Shown one piece after another: positions 11,680 through 21,335 of a DNA stretch of 39,376 nt. The DNA comes from Octopus bimaculoides (taxonomy: Eukaryota). The stretch is from positions 2,725,021 through 2,764,396 of the forward strand of contig NC_069008.1 of assembly GCF_001194135.2 (NCBI RefSeq). The letters are read 5' to 3'. The position numbers were made by a program, and so were the translations under genes. Under the pieces are notes generated by a model that had not been told where the DNA came from, ran no database searches, and saw only the letters and a program-made list of their open reading frames with translations. Position 1 is the first letter of the stretch; every line of letters starts with the position of its first letter.

Positions 11680-12430
11680 GGTCTGTGCAGCAAACGATCT
11701 TAAAGTATGGACAAACAACGCTCTAGCCAGATACGATCGCGATGGCCCGATTCGGTGTGTCCATATCCGCATTGTTAGATTCGGAAAATTCACTCGGTGC
11801 CTATCAAAGCCATCGGAAGAATCTGAACAGGTTTGTGTGACTTTTACAACCCCGACGAATATTTTCAGCAAAAGAATAAGTTTAAGACCACATGGTTGCA
11901 CCCTGCATCTAAAGAATGGCATATTCTGGATTACATCCTTGTTAGAGTGCGTGACACGAGGGGACAGCTACTTTTGAGAAATCTCGAGTTGCGCATGAGA
12001 AAGTAAAGAGGGATGTCAGGAAGGGCATCGCTGTTGCACTTCCAGAAGGTAAGGGTCTTCCTATGACGCTGACATGCAGTGTCCGTGCAAGACCCTGCCT
12101 CAGTAAAGCTGGACTCAAGAGTCGTCTTCGTAGTCATAAAGCGAGACCGGTGATACACAACCAGGCCGCTGGTGGTGGTGCTACACACCATACTAATCAT
12201 ACCTGTCAGGCATGCGGAAGGGAGTGTGATTCGGCGGGAGGACTTAAACGGCATGCAAAGATACATGAAGCCCAGTTACAACCACAGCCGGCTGTTGCCG
12301 GTAAAGGTTTTAGCTGCCAATTCTGTACGAGACATTGTAGATCTTTGGCTGGGCTAAAAAGTCACATTCGATCACAGCACCGATAACAGTTAAGCCTCGT
12401 GCGATGGCCATACTCGAGAACAAGGGGGCA
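11680..12430 (+). mobile_element. Internally deleted RTE-clade LINE: APE remnant joined to the C-terminus with three C2H2-like fingers
   Basis: KNKFKTTWLHPASKEWHILDYILVR (end of APE) joins directly to GTATFEKSR...CSVRARPCLSKAGLKSRLRSH, CQACGRECDSAGGLKRHAKIH, CQFCTRHCRSLAGLKSHIRSQH-stop; (ATGT)n tail. Confidence 0.8.
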
Positions 12431-12436
12431 GTCATC

Positions 12437-12467
12437 ATGTGTACATGTATGTATATATGTATGTATG

Positions 12468-12500
<33 letters not shown>

Positions 12501-12577
12501 TTGTGTCTATGTATGTATTATGTATGCATGTATGTTTGTGTCTATGTATGTTTGTGTCTATGTATGTATGTTTGTAT

Positions 12578-12653
<76 letters not shown>

Positions 12654-12810
12654 GTATGTATACATGCATATGTGTATGAATGGATGGATGGATGGATGGA
12701 TGTCTGCATGTGTGTGTGTATGTATGCTTGTATGTTGGTATGTATGTATGCATATATGTATGTATGTATGTGTGTATGCATATATGTATTAATGCATATA
12801 TGCCTGTATG
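12437..12810. repeat. (ATGT)n/(TA)n/(ATGG)n compound microsatellite
   Basis: Direct reading. Confidence 0.95.
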
Positions 12811-13103
12811 TATGTATTCTAAAACACTGCCGTTTATGAGCGCATAAACAAGTGAATCAGTTCAGTCCGTGTCCGCTTCATAAAATTATCTTCCACAGAA
12901 TGATGTAAGGCGAGCTTGACTTTGATTATAATAATAACAGGGATCTTTGATTATATTAATAACAGGGATCTTTGATTATAATAATAACGGAAATTAATTA
13001 CTCTAGATATAATTTATTGCCTGCAGATGATTAAAAGCATGTTGATTCCAGGATGTAAATGAACACAAACTATATAACATAAAAGTAATGAAAAATAGCT
13101 TAC

Positions 13104-13267
13104 TTATTTCCATGAACTGAAAACATATTAAAGTTGGTTGCGTTTAGATCAGTCCATGGGGAACTTATTAGTCTTGCATACTGAAACCAGTTATCGATGG
13201 TTGAATTACGTCCATCAAACAACAACGTTATAGCTTTCGCACCAAATTTGAGAGCTTCAAATTTCAC
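13104..13267 (-). CDS. Same gene, third coding exon (164 nt, phase 0 to phase 2)
   Basis: Acceptor tttcataatttcttag|, donor AATAA|GTAAGC. Reads VKFEALKFGAKAITLLFDGRNSTIDNWFQYARLISSPWTDLNATNFNMFSVHGN, with two N-glycosylation sequons (NST, NAT). Not in the ORF track because it has no ATG. Confidence 0.85.
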
Positions 13268-13377
13268 CTAAGAAATTATGAAATTGAGATACATAATTAT
13301 ATGTATAAGCATATTGTATGTGTAAGCATATATACAAACATACATTCGTACTTATATATATATATATATATATATAC

Positions 13378-13420
<43 letters not shown>

Positions 13421-13498
13421 AAGAGGGAGAGAGAGAGAGCGAAGTTTCATTGTTATAGCTACTCAGAGAGAAAATTCCAGGTTTGCAACTGGAAACGT

Positions 13499-13906
13499 CT
13501 CTGATGAGAACATTGACTAAACACTTCTTTCCCGGAGTTTAAAAAGGTCCCTGGGTCAAGCGAACTCTTAAGGATTCTTGCTCTCTCTCCTCTACCAAGT
13601 AAAGCATACGTCGTTTGCTCCCGTTGATATATATTTCCGCCTGTTCAGGGAGCTTCTATTTAATTATGTATGGCATGCTCTCCACTTTTAGGCGCCATAC
13701 GTGGCTGTCCAGGGAAGTGATGTTGCTCCTCCCCAATGTTGCTTAAAGTAGCTGCCCGCGGAACCGAGATATTTCCGTGTCTATACGCTGGATTTTTTAC
13801 AGCCGCTATTGTTTCCTTCGGGACCAGAGTTGACGAAAAATTCGCTTGACCCGGGGTCCTTTTTAAACTCCAGGAAAGAAATGTTTAGCTAATGTCTTCA
13901 TCAGAG
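13499..13906. repeat. Fold-back element with about 66-bp imperfect inverted arms
   Basis: 13499-13564 is an imperfect reverse complement of 13841-13906 (ctctgatga...tttaaaa.gg.ccc.gggtcaagcgaa). Confidence 0.8.
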
Positions 13907-14989
13907 ATATCTTTTGTTATAAGCTTGGAATTCCCCATTCGCCGATTAGAACCACGCCACCAACATCGTAAACCGTCCTCTAGTTGTAGAGAAGTTATGT
14001 GCCTCCAGCCATTTGTGTCTCACAAGTAACCTATACAGCTAAACGTTTTATAAGAACGAAACCAATGGTCACGCTCCATAACAATGGTCACCGGCCATAA
14101 CAATCAACCTTCTAGAAATATATTGCTGTTCTAATGTTTAAGAGTGTGTTTTTTGGAGTATCTATTGCTATGATCCAAATAAGCATAATAGGGAAACACT
14201 CGTAGGAATTTTAATAAAATTTCTATTCTTATGAGAGACATAGGTAGAGAATTAGAGAGATATTAATGCCTTAATTATCGGAATTATTATTCTGTTTTAT
14301 AATTGGTGCACCAGCATGACCGCAGCCACTTGGCTGAAACTCATAAATAAATAAATAAATAAATAGGTGCGGCGACCTTGTCTTCAGAGATAAGTAAAAC
14401 TACTTGTTATTGTTTTTGCTGTTGTTGCTTTTGTAGATATTTTCATTCCAGTTTCGATAAAACATACAAATATACACAATGCAGTATGCTTATGTATATA
14501 TTTATATATATATATATAGACGCGGCGTCTATACCATGTTTTATGATTTCATTAAGGGCAGCCGGCATGGCATAGAAGGGGACTCTATAACGGCATGACG
14601 TTTTAATGGAATGAATATCAGTGAAAAGTCGAGGTTCGACTTATATGAATTGTGTGTGTCATTGTCACTACAAAACAATTATTTTTAAAATTATTAAAAT
14701 CTTTTGGTATTTAGTTGCGTTACGTTCTGAATTACAATTCAGTTAGATTTAACTTCTTTCAGATTTCTAAAATCCATTGATATACGTATCAATGAAATAC
14801 TAGTACATAATTAATGACTTGTAGGTACACCGTATTTCGTTGTGCAACCATAATGTACTACGAAATATATTAAACGCTTTTATAAGTCAATACTGTGTTC
14901 CTAGCAGTGCTGATGAAGGACCAAGAACTCAAAACATGGCATATACACCCATTACCCATCGTTGTTTACATTAGACATACTCGGATAGG

Positions 14990-15390
14990 GTGGAGACGCA
15001 ATGGCCCAGTGGTTAGGGCAGCGAACTAGCGGCCATAGGATCGAGGTTTCGATTCCCAGACCTGGCGTTGTGAGTGTTTATTGAGCGAAAGACACCTAAA
15101 GCCCCACGAGGCTCCGGCAGGGCGATGGTGGCGAACCCTGCTGTACTCTTTCGCCACCACTTTCTCCCACTCTTACTTCCTGTTTCTGTTGTGCTTGTAA
15201 TTCAAAAGGGTCAGCCTTGTCACACTCTGTGTCACGCTGAATATCCCCCGAGAACTACGTTCAGGGTACACGTGTCTGTGGAGTGCTCAGCCACTTGCAC
15301 GTTAATTTCACGAGCAGGCTGTTCCGTTGATCGGATCGACTGGAACCCTCGTCGTCGTATGCGACGGAGTGCCAACAACAACAATAACAA
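14990..15390 (+). mobile_element. Full-length SINE family B
   Basis: A and B boxes, (caa)n tail, TSD ctcggatagg / ctcagatagg. Confidence 0.9.
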
Positions 15391-15743
15391 CTCAGATAGG
15401 AAACGTCATAACAAATCAATGTTAGCTATAATTTCTTTAGAAAAATCTGTAGAGATAACCTTAACAAGTGCATCTGTTCAATTTTGTTGACTGCTCTAAN
15501 NNNNNNNNNNNNNNNNNNNNNNNNNNNNNNNNNNNNNNNNNNNNNNNNNNNNNNNNNNNNNNNNNNNNNNNNNNNNNNNNNNNNNNNNNNNNNNNNNNNN
15601 NNNNNNNNNNNNNNNNNNNNNNNNNNNNNNNNNNNNNNNNNNNNNNNNNNNNNNNNNNNNNNNNNNNNNNNNNNNNNNNNNNNNNNNNNNNNNNNNNNNN
15701 NNNNNNNNNNNNNNNNNNNNNTTGTGTGTATGTGTGTACATAC

Positions 15744-15901
15744 CTTATCGATCGGAAGGTAGTTCCATGAGTCAATGAGTTTATTCCGGTAGGCGTATCT
15801 GTCTGTATTCCATGCTGAATGTGGACCTATTTTGAGGAAGAATTTATAAATATCCACTCGCGACTGCATGTCTACTCTATAGGCTTTTCGCCATGTATCA
15901 G
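15744..15901 (-). CDS. Same gene, second coding exon (158 nt, phase 1 to phase 0)
   Basis: Acceptor cttttatatttcag|, donor AAG|GTATGT. Reads (A)DTWRKAYRVDMQSRVDIYKFFLKIGPHSAWNTDRYAYRNKLIDSWNYLPIDK, in frame with both neighbouring exons. Confidence 0.85.
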
Positions 15902-15934
15902 CTGAAATATAAAAGATATTAGTTTCAAATTTTG

Positions 15935-16490
15935 AAATTTTGGCCAGCAATTTCGTGCGGAGGGTTTAAGTCGATTACATCGACCCCAATGCTCAACTGG
16001 TACTTATTTTACCGACCCCGAAAGGACGAAAGGAAAAGTCGACCTCGGCGGAATTTGAACTAAGAACGTAAAGAGACGGACGAAATGCTGCTAAGCATTT
16101 TGCGAGTTCTGTGCCTTATGAGATATAGGAATTATTAATGATAATAATATAATTATTAAAAATATAATTATAATTAGGCACAAGGTCAAGAGTTTTGAGG
16201 GAAAGAGTTTAGCCGTTACAGTTGACCCTAATACTTCACTTTTACCTTACTTTATCGTACCCAGAGGGATGAAAGGCAAAGTGGACACCTATGGGATTTG
16301 AACTTAGGTTGTAAAGAACAGAGACAATTAACTCAAGGAATTATCAGACATTCTATCAATTCTGCCTGCTCACCACCTGAATAATTTTGGCCCCAAGGCC
16401 AGCGGTTTACAGGTAGGGGTAATTCGATTATATCGAACCCAGTATTCAACTGGTACTTATTTCATCGAACTCGAAAGGGTGAAATAACTT
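15935..16490 (+). mobile_element. Three adjacent copies or fragments of SINE-like family C
   Basis: Recurrent gattacatcgacccc..t..caactggtactta...cgaaagga.gaaagg.aaagtcgac, also at 20085-20272 and 35050-35225. Confidence 0.75.
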
Positions 16491-17888
16491 TGAAGACATC
16501 CCTGCCATGGAAGAAGTTAAAGACCTCTGGAAAGATATCTGGAGAGATGGAAAGTCTTACAATGAAAATGCTGACTGGATTAGACGCACAGAAGGACCCT
16601 ACCAAAGTTTACAAGAACAAGGATGGGAAGACATCACAATAGCAGACCTAAGAATGACACTCACGATGGCTAATAATTGGAAATCCCCTGGTAATGATTG
16701 CGCGCCGAATTTTTGGTTCGGCTCACTCCTGTGCGCACGTGGAATGTTAGTCCAGTTATTCAATGAAATTATGAGAGATTCTACGAAAACATCTGATTGG
16801 TTAGCAAGAGGTATTACTTACCTACTCCAGAAGAAAAATGTAACTAAATCTCTCCAAAACTATCGGCCCATAACATGTCTGTCTACCACGTATAACATTT
16901 TAACGTGCATCCTCGTGGAGAAAACATACAAGTTTATGGAACAGAACGATATTTTTAACCCACTGAACAAAAGGGGTGCCGACGAGGCTCATATGGATGC
17001 AAAGACCAACTCTTAATCAATCGCATGATCTTTGAGAAACGCAGGAATCTCAGTTCTGCATGGATTGATTACAAAAAGGCCTTCGACGGCATACCGCATT
17101 CATGGATCTTGAAATCGCTGGATATCGTCCAAATTTCTCCTGTGATTTCAAACTCCCTGAAGTACAACATGTCAATGTGGAATACGAATCTTCAACTATA
17201 TTATTCTAAGAGTGTACTGACCACAAAAAATTTTAATATCAACTGCGGCATTTTCCAAGGTAATTCACGTTCACCTTTAATTTTATGGAAAGCCCTAATA
17301 TTCCTTAGAAGTGAACTTAACAGAACAGGATATGGAAATAAAATTAGCGACAAGAAAATAAGTCATCAATAGTATATGGTTGACTTAAAACTCTATGGCA
17401 AAGACGATAATGAGCTTGAAGGATTACTACGTACTGTGAAAGCATTCAGTGATGACATTGGGATGGAATTTGGTCTTGATAAATGCGCCAAAACCTCTTT
17501 CCAGAAATGGAAACTGAAGATCTGACATTCAGTGGACTTGGATGTTCACACAGTCATAAAAGAACTCGAGCAGAAATAAACTTACAAACACCTCAGAATA
17601 AATGAGGGTTCTGGCATTCAGCATGGAAGTATGAAAGAAAAGATCAGGAAGAAGTATTAGAGAAGAGTTCGAGCAGTCGTAAAATCCGAGTTAAATGCAC
17701 GTAACAAGGTGTTAGCTATAAATTCCTTAGCAGTTCCGGTTGGTATTTACAGTTTCAACGTGTTGAACCTAAATACGAGCGAAAAAAGGAAGATTGACAG
17801 AAAAATCCGTAAGTTGCTGACTTGCAATAAGATGCACCACCCAAAAGGCGGACGCAGATCCTCTTTACCTACCCAGAGCTCAAGGAGA
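16490..17888 (+). mobile_element. R4/Dong LINE RT region, ending in a minisatellite
   Basis: NYRPITCLST, WIDYKKAFDGIPHSWI, GIFQGNSRSPL, (Y)MVDLKLY, IGMEFGLDKCA, IDRKIRKLLT...RSSLPTQ/LYLPRAQG motifs. Confidence 0.9.
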
Positions 17889-18400
17889 TCAAGGCTTGAT
17901 CCAATCGAGGCTTGATCCAGTCGAGGCTTGATCCAATCTAGGCTTGATCCAATCGAGGCTTGATTCAGTCGAGGCTTAATCCAATCGAGGCTTGATCCAA
18001 TCGGGGCTTGATCCAATCGAGGCTTGATCCAATTGAGGCCTGATCCAGTCGAGGCTTGATCCAGTCGAGGCTTGATCCAGTCGAGGCTTGATCCAATCGA
18101 GGCTTGATCCAATCGAGGCTTGATCCAATCTAGGCTTGATCCAATCGAGGCTTGATCCAATCGAGGCTTGATCCAGTCGAGGCTTGATCCAATCTAGGCT
18201 TGATCCAATCGAGGCTTGATTCAGTCGAGGCTTAATCCAATCGAGGCTTGATCCAATCGGGGCTTGATCCAATCGAGGCTTGATCCAATTGAGGCCTGAT
18301 CCAGTCGAGGCTTGATCCAGTCGAGGCTTGATCCAGTCGAGGCTTGATCCAATCGAGGCTTGATCCAATCGAGGCTTGATCCAATCGAGGCTTGATCCAA
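17889..18400 (+). repeat. 512-bp minisatellite: 32 x 16 bp (tcgaggcttgatccaa) arranged as 2 x 256-bp higher-order repeat
   Basis: Variant units (tcta, gattcag, cttaat, tcgggg, ttgaggcc) recur exactly 256 bp apart, e.g. 18001/18257 and 18033/18289. Confidence 0.95.
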
Positions 18401-18409
18401 TATTGGCTT

Positions 18410-19612
18410 CAAAGCTGAATGCCAGAACATAATTTCGGCAATAAACTCACGCGCAGTCGCAGTAGTTTGTTATGGCGCTGGAATAACTGAAGCGGACTGA
18501 GGAGGAGCTAAAAGGGGTAGACAGGAAGTCAAGAAAGCTCCTAACGATTTTGGAGCCCATCATAGACGTGAAGACATTGATCGCCTACACATGAAAAGAG
18601 CAAATGGAGGAAGGTCACTGAGAAGTGTGGAAGACTGCGTACGTATCGAACTGGAGGGCTTCATGAAATACCTAGCCCAAAGTAAGGAAACTTTGCTAGT
18701 GTCAGTTAGGAACGAGGAAGTGTTGAAAGAATAGAAAAAGGAAAAAGGAAGGAAGAAGTACAAGAAGGACACGAAGAAGAATTACGCAACAAGGAACTAC
18801 ACAATCAATTCCATGTAGCCAAAACAGAAGTTGCTGGAAAAGGAACCCTAAAAAAAGAGACCGAAAGCACTATACTGGCAGCACAGGACCAAGCTTTGGC
18901 CACGAACTGGAAGGTCAACCTTAAAAATGATCAAGTGTCTCCGCTGTGTCGCCTCTGCAATAGAGTGGATGAAAGCATTTCCCATATCACAAACGAATGC
19001 CCTAGACTTGCCCAAAACCGCTACAATTTGCGGTGACACGACCAGGTAGCGAAAGTTCTCCATTGGAAACTGTGCGAAAAGTGGGGGTCAGAGAGAGGCA
19101 AGACGTGATATGAGTAGAAACCGCAGAGTGCGGGGAGTCGGAGACTAGCAAAATCCTCTAGGATTTCCCAATCCAAATAGATCGGATACAAGAGAATGAC
19201 AGAGCAGACCTAGCGGTGGTGGACAAGGTGGCCCACATATGCTATATGGTTGATGTTGCTCGCCCCTCTGACACACGAATAGTCAAGAAGGAAGGCGAAA
19301 AAAATAGATATATACAACCCTCTTAAGTATGAAATAACCCGGCTATGGAAAATGAAGAAGGTGAAGATAGTGCCAATCATTGTTGGGTCCTTGGAAACAA
19401 TACCAGAAGGTATCAAGAGGAATATAAAGGAAATCGGAATAGAGTGCCCAGTGGAACTGTTACAAAGGGTTTGCCTCCTTGGCATGCCCAGAATAATCAG
19501 GAAAGTATGAGATAATTGAAAAGAACGGATAGCATGGTAGCGTAGGCTGCAGGTAGCAAACTCGCTATGCATGCAAGACACCAGGAGCTCCAACAAAACC
19601 TGTGATAAAGAG
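18410..19612 (+). mobile_element. Second, divergent R4/Dong LINE: 5'-truncated, with CCHC finger, REL endonuclease and (AAT)n tail
   Basis: AINSRAV...DRKSRKLLT, ILAAQDQALAT, CRLCNRVDESISHITNECPRLAQ..HDQVA, ADLAVVDK, IIVGSLETI, LLGMPRIIRKV; tail at 19613-19748. Confidence 0.9.
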
Positions 19613-19637
19613 AAATAATAATAATAATAATAATAAT

Positions 19638-19688
<51 letters not shown>

Positions 19689-19698
19689 AACGATGATG

Positions 19699-19749
<51 letters not shown>

Positions 19750-19849
19750 GACTCTACCGTCGAAGACGATGCACGAGCATTCAGCTTTTGCCGAGTAACC
19801 TGCACAAATGATTTGTTTGTAATGGTCAAATGTTTGTGCCGCGTATTAG

Positions 19850-20045
19850 CTCACTCTCTCTCTCTCCATCAAATCGACATTGTCTGAACAGGTGTACTGT
19901 ATATGCCACGTGTGTCAGGTATCCAAGTGAAGGTAGAGCTACTGGAGATGAAGTGTTTCGCTCAAGAACACAACGCACCACCTGATGTCGGAAGTGAACC
20001 CACGATCTCATGATCCTGAGTACAACACCCTTACCATTAGGCCAA
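19850..20045 (-). mobile_element. tRNA-derived SINE-like family D
   Basis: Minus strand begins ttggcctaatggtaagggtgttg...gtgggttcacttcc, with A/B-box-like motifs. Confidence 0.6.
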
Positions 20046-20084
20046 TAGCAATAATAATAATAATAATAATAATCCTTTCTATTA

Positions 20085-20272
20085 TAGGCACTAGGCCTGA
20101 AATTAGGGGGAGAGGACTAGTCCATTACATCGACCCCAGTGTTTCACTGGTACCTACTTCATCAACTCCGAAAGGATGAAATGTAAAGACGACTTCGGCG
20201 GAATTTGAATTCAGAGCGTAGCGACGGATGAAACACCGCTAAGCATTTCGTCCGGCGTGCTAACGATTCTAA
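20085..20272 (+). mobile_element. SINE-like family C
   Basis: Homology to 15935-16105. Confidence 0.75.
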
Positions 20273-20290
20273 TAACAATGGTTTACTTAC

Positions 20291-20615
20291 CTTTATAAAA
20301 GGACATTTCGTTGCTGTCCTGTTCATTGGTCAGTTCCACCTTAACACCTTCCAGGTAAGTACTACAAAACTGACTTCTTTTGTTATAAGTGAAGAATGTT
20401 GCTTCACGGTTTAAAGCCTTGAATGCACATTCTGTTACACTTTGAGTTGAATAGGATAGTTGTTTGGAAGACCAGCCAATATCTATACAGGTATAGCCAG
20501 GGCCCAGATATCTGAAGGCGGTTTCCCTCTCTTCAGGGGTAACGATCGCGATATTTACAAGGGTTAAAAGCAACGCCGTAGTCACAGCTGGGCCGGTAAG
20601 AGTAAACTGGAACAT
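20291..20615 (-). CDS. Secreted PAN/Apple-like protein gene, first visible coding exon (signal peptide + PAN-like domain, 108 codons + 1 nt)
   Basis: Acceptor tttctctatttcag| lies 17 nt before the ATG (exon starts 20632), with A at -3. Translation MFQFTLTGPAVTTALLLTLVNIAIVTP...YTCIDIG...SVTECAFKALNREATFFTYNKRSQFCSTY...SFYK. Strong donor AAAG|GTAAGT at 20291/20290, phase 1. Confidence 0.85.
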
Positions 20616-21164
20616 TCTTGTCCTTGGATCTACTGAAATAGAGAAAGGAAGAGATACTGGGAGAGCAATAAGGGAAGATAGCAATGGCTGGTGGTAGAGA
20701 GGGTGGGGTAGATATGTATATAAGGAGATGTAATGAGAAAGAAGAGAGAGAGAGACAGAGAGAAAGGAGAAGGTTGAGAGGAAATGAGGGTCAGCAAACA
20801 AGTAGTGTTAGACGGGTCTCCGTTGTCCAGTTTTACACACCACCATTTGGCATTTTGGGTATCTTTAGCGACAAAGACTATTGGAAGTACTGAGAACAGT
20901 TTCCCAGTGTGAAGACACCATTCTCCTTCCCTCCTGCTAGTCTTAGATGCCCCGCAAATGGTCATAGGCTTTGATATCCCCCTGTTCTTATTTTCATAGC
21001 CCAGATTGATTGATCATTTGATTGATCATCATTGATATATTTTTTTCATAAATGATCGAGATGTCTCTCACGTTACAGATAATCTCGTTCCTATCCTTCA
21101 TAGTAACATCCTGACAGTTTGTCTTTAATCCGTTACCTTTCAAGACAAATATGTCCTTGATTAG

Positions 21165-21335
21165 GATTATTGTCATTTTTCAGTTGTCTTCTATTATTCA
21201 ATGCCCTCCTTTGTGTACAACTGTAGGCTTTCAGTGTATATACACTGTTTTGATTTGGGTTTTCTATTTTCCGTCGTATTGAAAATATTTTACGTAATAT
21301 ATGTGTAGTGCCCAATGGTGATATTTCTGCATGGT
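21165..21335 (-). mobile_element. R4/Dong LINE 3' end fragment
   Basis: MGTTHILRKIF matches the C-terminal GTAxILRKV motif. Confidence 0.55.

Noticed and set aside
12399-12839. ORFs rich in Y/I/C/V/M, and poly-N/I/D/H ORFs at 7630-7950 and 19497-19887
   Set aside because: Translations of microsatellites.
12922-12990. 25-bp tandem duplication (also short ones at 14070-14105 and 21833-21865)
   Set aside because: Ordinary slippage duplications with no further structure.
12995-13025. Acceptor-like cttttaatcatctgcag on the minus strand as candidate exon 4
   Set aside because: All three frames hit stops within a few codons.
14900-14945. ctgatgaaggaccaagaactcaaaacatgg, hammerhead-like
   Set aside because: G12 is missing, stem II pairs poorly and there is no valid cleavage triplet; too decayed to call.
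17889-18400. CRISPR-like appearance of a regular short repeat
   Set aside because: No unique spacers, eukaryotic context and no cas genes; it is a pure tandem array.
17747-18430. Repetitive ORFs (DQASIGSSLDWIKPRL)n
   Set aside because: Antisense translation of the 16-bp minisatellite; no start context or splice support.
20616-20801. N-terminal 64 aa of the 172-aa ORF 20283-20801
   Set aside because: Mostly the intronic pyrimidine tract upstream of the acceptor at 20633. The likely start is Met at 20615, although an upstream in-frame phase-1 exon cannot be excluded.
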